In this document: positions 30,013-38,860 of the stretch, in pieces | Layout: each line of letters begins with the position of its first letter | Position numbering within the stretch: the stretch's first letter is position 1 | Assembly: GCA_028282585.1 (NCBI GenBank) | Contig: JANQHR010000068.1 | Location: 1-46,533, forward strand | Direction: 5' to 3' | DNA: 46,533 nucleotides | DNA from: Bacteroidales bacterium | GTDB lineage: Bacteria; Bacteroidota; Bacteroidia; Bacteroidales; UBA12077 | Translations under genes and position numbers: made by a program | The notes under the pieces: model-generated | Database searches by the model: none | The model's input: only the letters and a program-made list of their open reading frames with translations | Told to the model about the DNA's origin: nothing

Positions 30013-30846
30013 TTAAAGCGAGACAAAATTTTTAATTTCTTCTATTACTTGTTTACTACTTGCTGTATCCTTTAAAACCATTCTATGGTCAGCACCTTCA
30101 ATAATTTTTATATCCTTTTTTTCCGATGGGCTTAGATTGTATAAATTAATACTCATCGAAGGCGGAATAAAATTATCGGCTTCACCATGAATAAACAACA
30201 TGGGTTTATTACTTTTTGCAACTAGGTTTATATTATCAAGGTTATAAATAGATTCGTCAACTTCAAGTTTTAAGAATGGTCTAACAATACCGGGCAGTGC
30301 CTCTTTTAATAAATAATCCTGCAATTCTTCCAGAGATGTAAATGTTGACATTATTACTGTTTCATCAATAGCATCATGGTTTATAAGGTTAAGCGCAACA
30401 AAACCACCCATCGAATAACCCAAAACTACAGTTGGCAAGCCCCGGTCACCAATATTATTTTCAAAAAAATCCAAAGCTGTTTCGCCATCTCTTACAATAC
30501 CATCTATCGAAGGTTCTCCTTCACTTCTTCCATAACCGCTGTAATTAAACGAATAGATATTGAGTTCAAATTGCTTGCCCAACTCATTAAAAAATGGTAC
30601 TGCAGAGCGAATATTGCTTCCGTTACCAGAAAAATAAATAAAATTCAATTGAGGGTTATTTTCTGTTATATACCATGATTCGATTTTAGTGGAATCTGTA
30701 TTTGGTATATAATTTCTTTCAAACGAAAAATTATCTGTTAGTTCGAATTCCTTAACTGGATTAAAAACATCACTTTGAGTAACCTTTTGACTAATACAAG
30801 ATTGTAATATTAGCGCAATTAACGATGTAATTAGTAATTTTTTCAT
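30013..30846 (-). CDS. Alpha/beta hydrolase lipoprotein
   Basis: Lipobox LQS-C, NYSGYGRSEG, GYSMGG nucleophile elbow, HGEAD and GADH. Confidence 0.88.
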   Translation of the reverse strand: MKKLLITSLIALILQSCISQKVTQSDVFNPVKEFELTDNFSFERNYIPNTDSTKIESWYITENNPQLNFIYFSGNGSNIRSAVPFFNELGKQFELNIYSFNYSGYGRSEGEPSIDGIVRDGETALDFFENNIGDRGLPTVVLGYSMGGFVALNLINHDAIDETVIMSTFTSLEELQDYLLKEALPGIVRPFLKLEVDESIYNLDNINLVAKSNKPMLFIHGEADNFIPPSMSINLYNLSPSEKKDIKIIEGADHRMVLKDTASSKQVIEEIKNFVSL

Positions 30847-30970
30847 AACATTTTGTTTAAATATAAATCTTAAAATTTAAACAGACTTAAATAAAAAATG
30901 TTTATTTGAAAGTGAAGATTTTTATATTTGAGCTTTGTTAAACTAAAATTAAAATATAGAAGTTTGGAAT

Positions 30971-31387
30971 ATGGAATTAATTAAATGGACAGATAAATAT
31001 TCAATTGGAATAAAGGAAATCGATAATCAACACAAGGGGCTTGTTATCATAATTAATGAGCTTTTCAAATTAATGTCAGAAGGGAAAGCAAAAAGCCAAC
31101 TAAATGATATTTTTGATCATTTAACACATTATACTAAAAAGCATTTTTCAACAGAAGAATTAGTACTTTATAAATACGCTTATCCGGAACTGGAACAACA
31201 TAAAAACGAGCATAAAAAATTTATTAAAAAAATTGAAAACTTTCGGTCAGATTTTGTAAATAAGAAAATAACGTTGTCTCTTGAGGTATTAAATTTTCTT
31301 AAAGATTGGTTATTAAACCATATATTAATTTCAGATAAAAAATATTCTGTACATATAAAGAAGTTTGACCCTGAGAGATTCACTTAA
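30971..31387 (+). CDS. Bacteriohemerythrin
   Basis: IDNQH, HFSTEE, HKNEH and WLLNHILISDKKY iron-ligand pattern. TATATTTG -7 element at 30923-30930. Confidence 0.93.
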   Translation: MELIKWTDKYSIGIKEIDNQHKGLVIIINELFKLMSEGKAKSQLNDIFDHLTHYTKKHFSTEELVLYKYAYPELEQHKNEHKKFIKKIENFRSDFVNKKITLSLEVLNFLKDWLLNHILISDKKYSVHIKKFDPERFT

Positions 31388-31468
31388 TTCTTTTGTAAAG
31401 ATGCTTTTTTATGAATAAAAATTCATAAGTTTGGTATGTAAGAGCTAAACATGCTTTAAAGTTAATTT

Positions 31469-32611
31469 ATGAAAGAAGTATTGCCTCCAATAAGTATTAT
31501 GGAGAAAATGGTTGAAAAACTCCAATCTAATTATCCATCGCATAGTTTTAAGAAAGAAGGGACAATACAATTTCATTTAAATCATGAGGGCAAACGTATC
31601 AACTGTTTTATAAAAGTAGATGCCCATTCATTAAATTTTTATGAAGGGATTACAGAAGAACCTACAGTGTCTGTAAAGTCTTCATTTTACGATTGGCTTA
31701 ATTTAGCGGGAGGAAAACTTAAACCTGTTGCTGGGGTATTTACTGGCAGGTTAAAATTCAAAGGAGATACCTCATTTTTTAAAGTATTACCCCGAAAACA
31801 ACTTAAAAATAAAGTAATTGTTCCGGTTGATCCTGTAACCAGGTTCGAACGAAATCCGGTTAAGTATTGGGAAAAGCCAGGTAAGGTCGTTGTATTAAAT
31901 GCTTCTCCAAGAGGAGAAAAGGGATATACAGAGTTTTACCTCAAACCTTTTATAAAAGGGATTGAAAAGCATACGGAAGTTGAGGTTGTATACCTGGCAA
32001 AATATAAAATCAATCCTTGCAAGGGCTGTTTTAGCTGCTGGGTAGACATTCCCGGAGAATGTATTTACAAAGAAAAAGATGGGCATCATAAGTTGTCTGA
32101 GAAATTGTTTAAGGCCGGCCTAATTGTTTATGCATTTCCAATTTACGCAGATGGCATGCCTGGAATCCTTAAAAATTTTTTTGACCGGTCGGTAAGTAGG
32201 GCATATCCTTACCTAATTGAAGGCATGAAGCGGGTTCGGCACCCCAGGAGGTATATAAACCACAACCACTCGATGGTTATATTTTCAATTTGTGCTTTTT
32301 TTGAAAAGGTAAATTTTAAACCTGTAAAGGCATATTTTAAGGCTTTAGCACATAACCGGCACACGCCTGTTGTGGCTGAAATTTACAGGACTACTGCTGT
32401 TGGATTGCACGCAAGCCCATTTGCATACAAGCTTTTAAACAATGCTATTGCCAGCCTTGAAGAAGCTGGGGAACAATTGGTTTTAAAAGGAAAAATAAAC
32501 CGAAGAACCTTAAAAAACATCACCAAATTAGTGGAAAAAAAGCATACAAGTATTAATAAAATTAATGAATGGTGGGATGAAAATAAAGAAAGTGGAAACC
32601 ACAATTACTAA
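31469..32611 (+). CDS. SCP2 lipid-binding domain fused to flavodoxin-fold iron-sulfur flavoprotein (Isf/FMN_red-like)
   Basis: N-terminal SCP2-like (GVFTGRLKFKGD); then NASPR, CKGCFSCWVDIPGEC, and FPIY..MPGILKNFFDR. TAAGTTTG -7 element at 31426-31433. Confidence 0.82.
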   Translation: MKEVLPPISIMEKMVEKLQSNYPSHSFKKEGTIQFHLNHEGKRINCFIKVDAHSLNFYEGITEEPTVSVKSSFYDWLNLAGGKLKPVAGVFTGRLKFKGDTSFFKVLPRKQLKNKVIVPVDPVTRFERNPVKYWEKPGKVVVLNASPRGEKGYTEFYLKPFIKGIEKHTEVEVVYLAKYKINPCKGCFSCWVDIPGECIYKEKDGHHKLSEKLFKAGLIVYAFPIYADGMPGILKNFFDRSVSRAYPYLIEGMKRVRHPRRYINHNHSMVIFSICAFFEKVNFKPVKAYFKALAHNRHTPVVAEIYRTTAVGLHASPFAYKLLNNAIASLEEAGEQLVLKGKINRRTLKNITKLVEKKHTSINKINEWWDENKESGNHNY

Positions 32612-33355
32612 TTAGTGCTTTTCTTCTTTGTATCCTTTTGTTGGGTCAATATCTAAGAATTTAGAGAAAATTCTAACTCCAATATAAAAAGGTACGGTAT
32701 CAACAAGTGCAGATGTCATTTTAAAGAAATAATTTGAAAGTATTAATATGGTCAAATACCGCGTGATGGAATAACCTTCCGGAACATCAATAATTTTGGC
32801 ACCATAATATGTAATTAAAACTACCGATAGTGAGTCAATTAACTGACTAGTTAAAGTTGAGCCATTATTCCTTAGCCATAAATGTTTACCTTTTGTAATT
32901 CTTTTAATAAAATGAAAAACGTGTACATCAACAAATTGGGCTGTTAAATAAGCAATCATTGAAGCAGAAGTTGCTCCAAAAGTTAATGCCCTGATAGTAA
33001 AAAAAGCCTCGCTATTTACGGATGGGTCTTCAGGTAATTTGCCTCCAAACCATAAAATAAAAAGAACCCATAGATTTAATAGAAGACCGGTCCATACAAC
33101 AATATTTGCTCTCTTCTTGCCATATAATTCACAAATGAAATCTGTACACAAGAACGTGATCGGATATGCTAATGTTCCAACAAAAACCCTAAAGGGTATT
33201 TCCTTTCCGCTTATGCTAAATGATAAATCGATCAACCTGGATAAACCAAGAACATTTGTTAATGCTAATGAACCAATAAATAAACCTGCAAGTATAACGA
33301 AAACAGCTTCTCTTCGATAAGCATATTTATCTTCAAATTTTGTATTTGTAAACAT
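32612..33355 (-). CDS. Queuosine precursor transporter (YhhQ/VUT family)
   Basis: YPITFLCTDFICELYG, ASMIAYLTAQFVDV and LWLRNNGSTLTSQLIDS motifs. Start taken at ATG 33355. Confidence 0.92.
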   Translation of the reverse strand: MFTNTKFEDKYAYRREAVFVILAGLFIGSLALTNVLGLSRLIDLSFSISGKEIPFRVFVGTLAYPITFLCTDFICELYGKKRANIVVWTGLLLNLWVLFILWFGGKLPEDPSVNSEAFFTIRALTFGATSASMIAYLTAQFVDVHVFHFIKRITKGKHLWLRNNGSTLTSQLIDSLSVVLITYYGAKIIDVPEGYSITRYLTILILSNYFFKMTSALVDTVPFYIGVRIFSKFLDIDPTKGYKEEKH

Positions 33356-33580
33356 ATCAGTCAATTAAAAAGAAATTTAAAGATATGTAGTTTTTAATTA
33401 ATTATCAATGAACTCGTTAAAAATATAAGAACGAGAATTAAGATCGAAAACCCTCAATTATTAACAAAATCAGCGTACGTATTGTTTGAAATACCGTAAA
33501 AGTTTTTAATCAAATATTTATCAACAATTTAGCTTTGATAACTTAAGGTGATATTTTCACTAACAATTATTACGAATTTT

Positions 33581-33588
33581 TATCTTTG
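33581..33588 (+). promoter_or_regulatory. Bacteroidota -7 element, candidate promoter of the right-end operon
   Basis: TATCTTTG, about 93 bp upstream of ATG 33682. Confidence 0.45.
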
Positions 33589-33681
33589 AAGATTAGATTA
33601 TTAAAAAAGCTTTAATTGCTAGTCTTTTTATTGATAGTTAGCAATTTAATTGGTATATTACGCGATCAAATCTTATATTTC

Positions 33682-36600
33682 ATGATGAAAAATGTTTACG
33701 CTATTTTTAATGTTGAGAAAGAAGAAAAATCAAGCGTTTCATTATTTCTAATACAGTCTGTATTCTTGGGAATATTCTATGGTGCTTTTGATGTTGGAGC
33801 TCACGCATTATTCCTTTCTGAATATCCAGCTTCGATGATTCCAAAAGCTTATGTTATTTCCGGAGTTGTTGGAATTGTTTTAACATCGTTATATGCAAGA
33901 TTTCAAAGTCGATTCAAATTTTCAACTGTTGCAACAGTTAATCTGATCTTTATTGCCATTTCAACAGCCATTTTAAGAGTTCTTTTCCAATTTACTGAAA
34001 GTCCCTGGTTAGTATTTCTTATTTTTATTATGATGGGACCTTTGAATATAATTGCACTTTTAGGTTTTTGGGGTGCGGTAGGTCGAATATTTTCATTAAG
34101 ACAGGGAAAGAGGTTATTCGGATTAATTGATAGCGGACAAATATTCGGAGCTATTTTAAGTACATTCGCTATCCCGATATTGATTGCAGTTGGATTTGAA
34201 CAAAAAAACCTTTTATTTCTTAGTTCTGTAAGTATTGGTTGCGCCTTGATCGTTCAAATAATAACTTCGTTTAAATTTAATCTTAATAAACAGGTAGCAA
34301 AAAAAGAAAAAAAATCTAAAAGAAATAATTTATTTACTTTATTAAAAAATAGGTACGTACTTTACATGTCTGTTTTTGTTGTAATGTCTATGCTTGCAGC
34401 ATTTTTTATACAATTTTCTTTCCTATCGGTTACAAAAGAAAACTATCCTGACCATAATGATTTAGCTGAGTTCTTAGGTGCATTTACCGGTAGTTTGCTT
34501 TTATTTACTTTTATTTTTAAAACATTCCTTTATAGTAAGTTGATGAAAACTTACGGACTAAAAGTGAGTGTGTTAATATCATCGTTTTTATTAGGAATAT
34601 TTACTGTTATTGCGGTATTAATAGGTTCTGCATTTGGATATACTATAGAATCTACAAGTTTTATTTTCTTTTTCTTAATTATAGCTCTAAGTAGATTATT
34701 TTCTAAGGCGTTAAAAGATGGTGTTGAAGTACCTTCATTCAAAATCCTCTATCAATCCTTAAAAGCCGAAATAAGACATGATGTTCAGGCGGTTGTTGAT
34801 GGAACAATTAATGAAATTGCAGCGCTTTTCGCAGGATTGCTATTAGCCGCATTAAGTTTGTTTGAGTTTTTTAAACTAATTCATTTTTCATACTCTTTAA
34901 TTATTATATTGTTGATTTGGTTTTTCTTTTCACGAAAACTTTATTCAGAATATAAATTATCTCTCCAGAAATCGTTGGCAGAGTTTAAAGGTAAAAAAGA
35001 AGAAAGTGAAACGATATCAGATTTTATTGATAAAAGTTTAAACGATGGCATTGACGATATTAAAAACATAATTCCCGGATTAGAATTTGATTATGAATTA
35101 CACCCAATTTTATTTGAAGAAAAAATAGATAAACTTGTAAATCATAACAGGAAAGAGATATCAGAATACTCTAGAGAAAAAATTATAAAATCCAGACTAT
35201 TTGGTTCAATAAATTATTTAGATGGGGCAAATACATTATCAAAGCAAATAAAGGGATTAGATATTAAAATTGATAAATCACCAGGCGTTGAAAAGCTGAT
35301 TAGTTTATCAAAATCAAAAGGAACTGAAGATAGAGTTATAGCTGCGCACTTAATTGGCAGGTTTTATGAACCTGATTTATTTACATATCTAAAAGCATTA
35401 ATCCGAGATTTACAACCTTCCGTAAAAATTGCATCGATTAAGGCTGCGGCAAAATCAAAAAATAAAGATTTCTGTTCGTTAATTATTGATTATTTAGATG
35501 CACCAGGTTTAATATCGTATTCTTATGATGCATTGTTAAGTTTTGGAGGGGATGCGTTGAATACTGTTGATCAATATTTCTATAAAACAGGCGTAAGCCA
35601 TAGAGTTTTACTAAGAATCGTAAAACTAATAGGACAAATAGGAGGAGAAGAAGCAAAAGCTGCATTGCTCAGAAAACTGGATCACCCAAATGAAGAGATT
35701 TTAAATTATGTTCTTGTATCATTAAACAATTTGGGCTTTACTGCAGATGAAAAATCTATTTCACATATTCATCAAATTATTGAGAAACATATTGGTATCA
35801 TAGGATATAATTTAGCTGCACAGGCAACTTTAGATGAAACTAACGGATTTGAATATTTAAAGCAAGCTTTCAAAGAAGAGATAACTTCGAATTATGAATT
35901 GCTATATTTATTATTATCTATTGCCTATGATGCACAATCAGTGCTGCATGTAAAGGAAAATATAGAAAGCGGAACAACAGAAGGTAGTAGTTATGCTTTG
36001 GAGTTGTTGGATTTGTTTATATATGAAGAAATTAAGCCCAAACTATTTCCAATCATTGAAGATATTTCGATAATAGAGAAGATAAAGCAATTACAGAATT
36101 ATTATCCAATAGAGAAATTAACTTTTAAAGACCTATTAATTTCAGCAATAAATAAAGATATTAATGAAATTAATATATGGACTAAAGCATGTGCAATTTA
36201 TGCTTTTTCTGAATTGGAGGATAAAACAATTCCCAGTGATTTAGTTGCACATTTATTTAACCCTAATGATATATTAAGAGAAACCGCAGGTATTGTAATA
36301 AATGATATAAATAAAGACCAGTTTAATGCAATAGGCATAAGATTAAGTGAAGCATATAGGGAGGAGATGGATAACACATTAGATTTATTAAATGTTTCAA
36401 ATAATCATTTATTATTTGAAAAAACATGGTTTTTAAAAGCTAATAAATATTTTAATCATGTTGATGGTAGGTATTTATACCAATTAGCTAAGTGTATGAG
36501 CAGTTTAAACTATCAATCTTATGAGTTAAGCGATTTAATTGTTACAGATTTAAAAGATAAATTACTTTTAACAAAAGGTAAGCCAATTCTTCTTACAATT

Positions 36601-36810
36601 GATGATGAAATATCGCATGAGATTATTGAAGGAGAGCTTTATGACATGAATGACCTATTGGTAGATGCTAAAAAGAAGGTATCTGTTGATAAATCTGAGG
36701 AAAATATACTTTATTTTATCAAAAAGAATGACCTTGTACATAACGTTTTTGATTTTCATAAAATTGAATTAGCAATAATTAATTGGATAGATTCAAGGAT
36801 AAAAGTATAG
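33682..36810 (+). CDS. NTT/TLC (ATP/ADP translocase-like) MFS domain + HEAT repeats + degenerate cNMP-binding domain
   Basis: About 12 TM helices with the NTT-like FWG...IFSLRQGKRLFGLI motif, HEAT-like repeats (LKALIRDLQPSVKIASIKA; LLRKLDHPNEEI), and C-terminal FEKTWFLKANKYF like the start of a cNMP domain. Start taken at ATG 33682. Confidence 0.82.
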   Translation: MMKNVYAIFNVEKEEKSSVSLFLIQSVFLGIFYGAFDVGAHALFLSEYPASMIPKAYVISGVVGIVLTSLYARFQSRFKFSTVATVNLIFIAISTAILRVLFQFTESPWLVFLIFIMMGPLNIIALLGFWGAVGRIFSLRQGKRLFGLIDSGQIFGAILSTFAIPILIAVGFEQKNLLFLSSVSIGCALIVQIITSFKFNLNKQVAKKEKKSKRNNLFTLLKNRYVLYMSVFVVMSMLAAFFIQFSFLSVTKENYPDHNDLAEFLGAFTGSLLLFTFIFKTFLYSKLMKTYGLKVSVLISSFLLGIFTVIAVLIGSAFGYTIESTSFIFFFLIIALSRLFSKALKDGVEVPSFKILYQSLKAEIRHDVQAVVDGTINEIAALFAGLLLAALSLFEFFKLIHFSYSLIIILLIWFFFSRKLYSEYKLSLQKSLAEFKGKKEESETISDFIDKSLNDGIDDIKNIIPGLEFDYELHPILFEEKIDKLVNHNRKEISEYSREKIIKSRLFGSINYLDGANTLSKQIKGLDIKIDKSPGVEKLISLSKSKGTEDRVIAAHLIGRFYEPDLFTYLKALIRDLQPSVKIASIKAAAKSKNKDFCSLIIDYLDAPGLISYSYDALLSFGGDALNTVDQYFYKTGVSHRVLLRIVKLIGQIGGEEAKAALLRKLDHPNEEILNYVLVSLNNLGFTADEKSISHIHQIIEKHIGIIGYNLAAQATLDETNGFEYLKQAFKEEITSNYELLYLLLSIAYDAQSVLHVKENIESGTTEGSSYALELLDLFIYEEIKPKLFPIIEDISIIEKIKQLQNYYPIEKLTFKDLLISAINKDINEINIWTKACAIYAFSELEDKTIPSDLVAHLFNPNDILRETAGIVINDINKDQFNAIGIRLSEAYREEMDNTLDLLNVSNNHLLFEKTWFLKANKYFNHVDGRYLYQLAKCMSSLNYQSYELSDLIVTDLKDKLLLTKGKPILLTIDDEISHEIIEGELYDMNDLLVDAKKKVSVDKSEENILYFIKKNDLVHNVFDFHKIELAIINWIDSRIKV

Positions 36811-36845
36811 TTTAAACAGATTATTCATTAAACCATCAAACATCT

Positions 36846-38858
36846 ATGCTCAAAAGACTAATTAACAGAATTAAATTATATTATATGCGTAAGACCACTA
36901 TTTTTAAGCAACTTATTTTAAATGTTGTTATTCCCGCAGTCTCAGCATTATTAATTTTAGGTGCTTTTAATTATACTCAAACAAAAAAGAATTTAGTTGA
37001 GTCTATTGATACAAAAAATAGATTATTAGCAGAGGAGATAATTCACGTCACAGAATTTATGGAATTATCCTTAAAAATTGTTGAGCGGGAGCTCGACCCT
37101 ATTATGGAGGAATATAGCAACGAATTAGTGCACAAATATTTCAAAAACACAGAAGGTATCGAAGAGGCAGATTTAGAAAAAATTAGGGAAGAGTTGGGAA
37201 TGGATCCTGAAATGGAAGATATCTATATTATTAATAGGGAAGGTGTTGTGGTTAACACCACTTTTGAAAAGGATTTGGGATTGAACCTTTTCTCATTTGG
37301 TGAAGATCATAAAGAGTTACTGCTAGATATTTTTAAAGAAGGGAAATTTGTTAATGAACGTTTTACAGTAGAACATAACACAAAAAGGCTAAAAAAATAT
37401 ACTTACCATCCCACAATGGATGGTGAATATATTATCGAATTAGGTATATATTCTTATAGGACCGATGAAATAATAGAATTTTTTAAAAATACTATTAAGA
37501 AATTATCTCAAAATCAGCCTTCTATTGTTGACGTTGATTTATTTGTAAGTAAAGATCACCCAATTTCTTTAACCAAGGATATGGAGTTACCACAGTCCGA
37601 AATTGACTTTATGAAGGATAGGTTTGCTAAACAGGACTCTACAAGGATTCCAATGAAAATAAATAAGAAGAAGTTGTATTATACATACTTATATATCAAA
37701 AGGGCAAATTCGGACCTTTATAAAGGCGCTGTTGTTAGAATTATTACAGATAGGACAAGAGAAGAAATATTGTTAAGAAATGAGTTAATCAAATTTGTGT
37801 CAATTTTTGGATTAACAATCTTAATCGTAATAATATTATTGTATAGAAAAACAAAGGTAATAACGCACCCAATAAAAAAATTAGTTGAGAAAGTAACCAG
37901 GGTTTCAGATGGTAATTTAAGTATTAGAGCAGAGGTTGAAGGAAACAATGAAATTACTACCCTTTCTCAAAAATTCAATGCCATGATAGCGGAATTGGAG
38001 AGTTATTATAATGAATTGGAACAGAAAGTAAAAGATAGAACAGCTGAGGTGGTTCGTCAAAAAGAGGAAATTGAAATTAAGAACAAGCATATTACAGATA
38101 GTATTAAGTATGCCAAAAGAATTCAAAATGCAATCTTACCTCCGGATAATTACGTAAAACAATTATTGCCTAATTCATTTATACTATATAAGCCTAAAGA
38201 TATCGTAAGCGGGGATTTTTACTGGATGACTAAGAAAAGTAATTTAACGATATATGCAGCTGTAGATTGCACCGGTCATGGTGTTCCCGGGGCATTTATG
38301 TCAATTGTTGGAAATAATCAATTAAACTATGCCGTTGATGTAAAAAAGGCAAGGCAGGCTAGTACTATTCTTGACTGTTTAAATGAGGGTGTAATCGAAA
38401 CCTTAAGAGAAAAAGGTAATGAACATTTGCAAGTAAGTGGTGTAAAAGACGGAATGGATTTGGCTTTATGTATTATTGACCATAAAAATATGAAGCTTCA
38501 ATTTGCAGGTGCTAATAACCCTATATGCTTAGTGCGAAATGGTGAATTAACTCAAATTAAGGGCGATAGAATGGCAATTGGAGGTAACTTTTCTGATGAT
38601 TTACCAAAATTTACAAATCATGAATTAGATTTGCAAAAAGGGGATGTATTATATACATTTTCTGATGGTTATCCTGATCAGTTTGGAGGAGAAAATGGTA
38701 GGAAATTTATGCTTAAGAAATTTAGAGAACTATTACTTAAAATACATAAAAACCCAATCGAAGAACAAGAAAAAATTCTCGATGATGTTTTAGAAAACTG
38801 GAGAGGTAAAGAGGAGCAGGTAGATGACATTCTTGTTATCGGAGTTAAAATTGAATAG
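36846..38858 (+). CDS. Membrane SpoIIE/RsbU-type PP2C phosphatase with periplasmic Cache-like and HAMP domains
   Basis: Two TMs flanking a sensor region (YIINREGVVV), HAMP (ITHPIKKL...NEITTLSQKFNAM), and intact PP2C motifs VSGDFY, DCTGHGVPGA, DGMD, FSDG and VDDI. Confidence 0.92.
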   Translation: MLKRLINRIKLYYMRKTTIFKQLILNVVIPAVSALLILGAFNYTQTKKNLVESIDTKNRLLAEEIIHVTEFMELSLKIVERELDPIMEEYSNELVHKYFKNTEGIEEADLEKIREELGMDPEMEDIYIINREGVVVNTTFEKDLGLNLFSFGEDHKELLLDIFKEGKFVNERFTVEHNTKRLKKYTYHPTMDGEYIIELGIYSYRTDEIIEFFKNTIKKLSQNQPSIVDVDLFVSKDHPISLTKDMELPQSEIDFMKDRFAKQDSTRIPMKINKKKLYYTYLYIKRANSDLYKGAVVRIITDRTREEILLRNELIKFVSIFGLTILIVIILLYRKTKVITHPIKKLVEKVTRVSDGNLSIRAEVEGNNEITTLSQKFNAMIAELESYYNELEQKVKDRTAEVVRQKEEIEIKNKHITDSIKYAKRIQNAILPPDNYVKQLLPNSFILYKPKDIVSGDFYWMTKKSNLTIYAAVDCTGHGVPGAFMSIVGNNQLNYAVDVKKARQASTILDCLNEGVIETLREKGNEHLQVSGVKDGMDLALCIIDHKNMKLQFAGANNPICLVRNGELTQIKGDRMAIGGNFSDDLPKFTNHELDLQKGDVLYTFSDGYPDQFGGENGRKFMLKKFRELLLKIHKNPIEEQEKILDDVLENWRGKEEQVDDILVIGVKIE

Positions 38859-38860
38859 TT

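Noticed and set aside
33356-33560. preQ1 riboswitch upstream of the queuosine precursor transporter
   Set aside because: The minus strand has an AAAAACTA tail and a GAGGG..TTCTC weak stem, but they do not assemble into the compact preQ1-I stem-loop-tail. An Infernal search would be needed.
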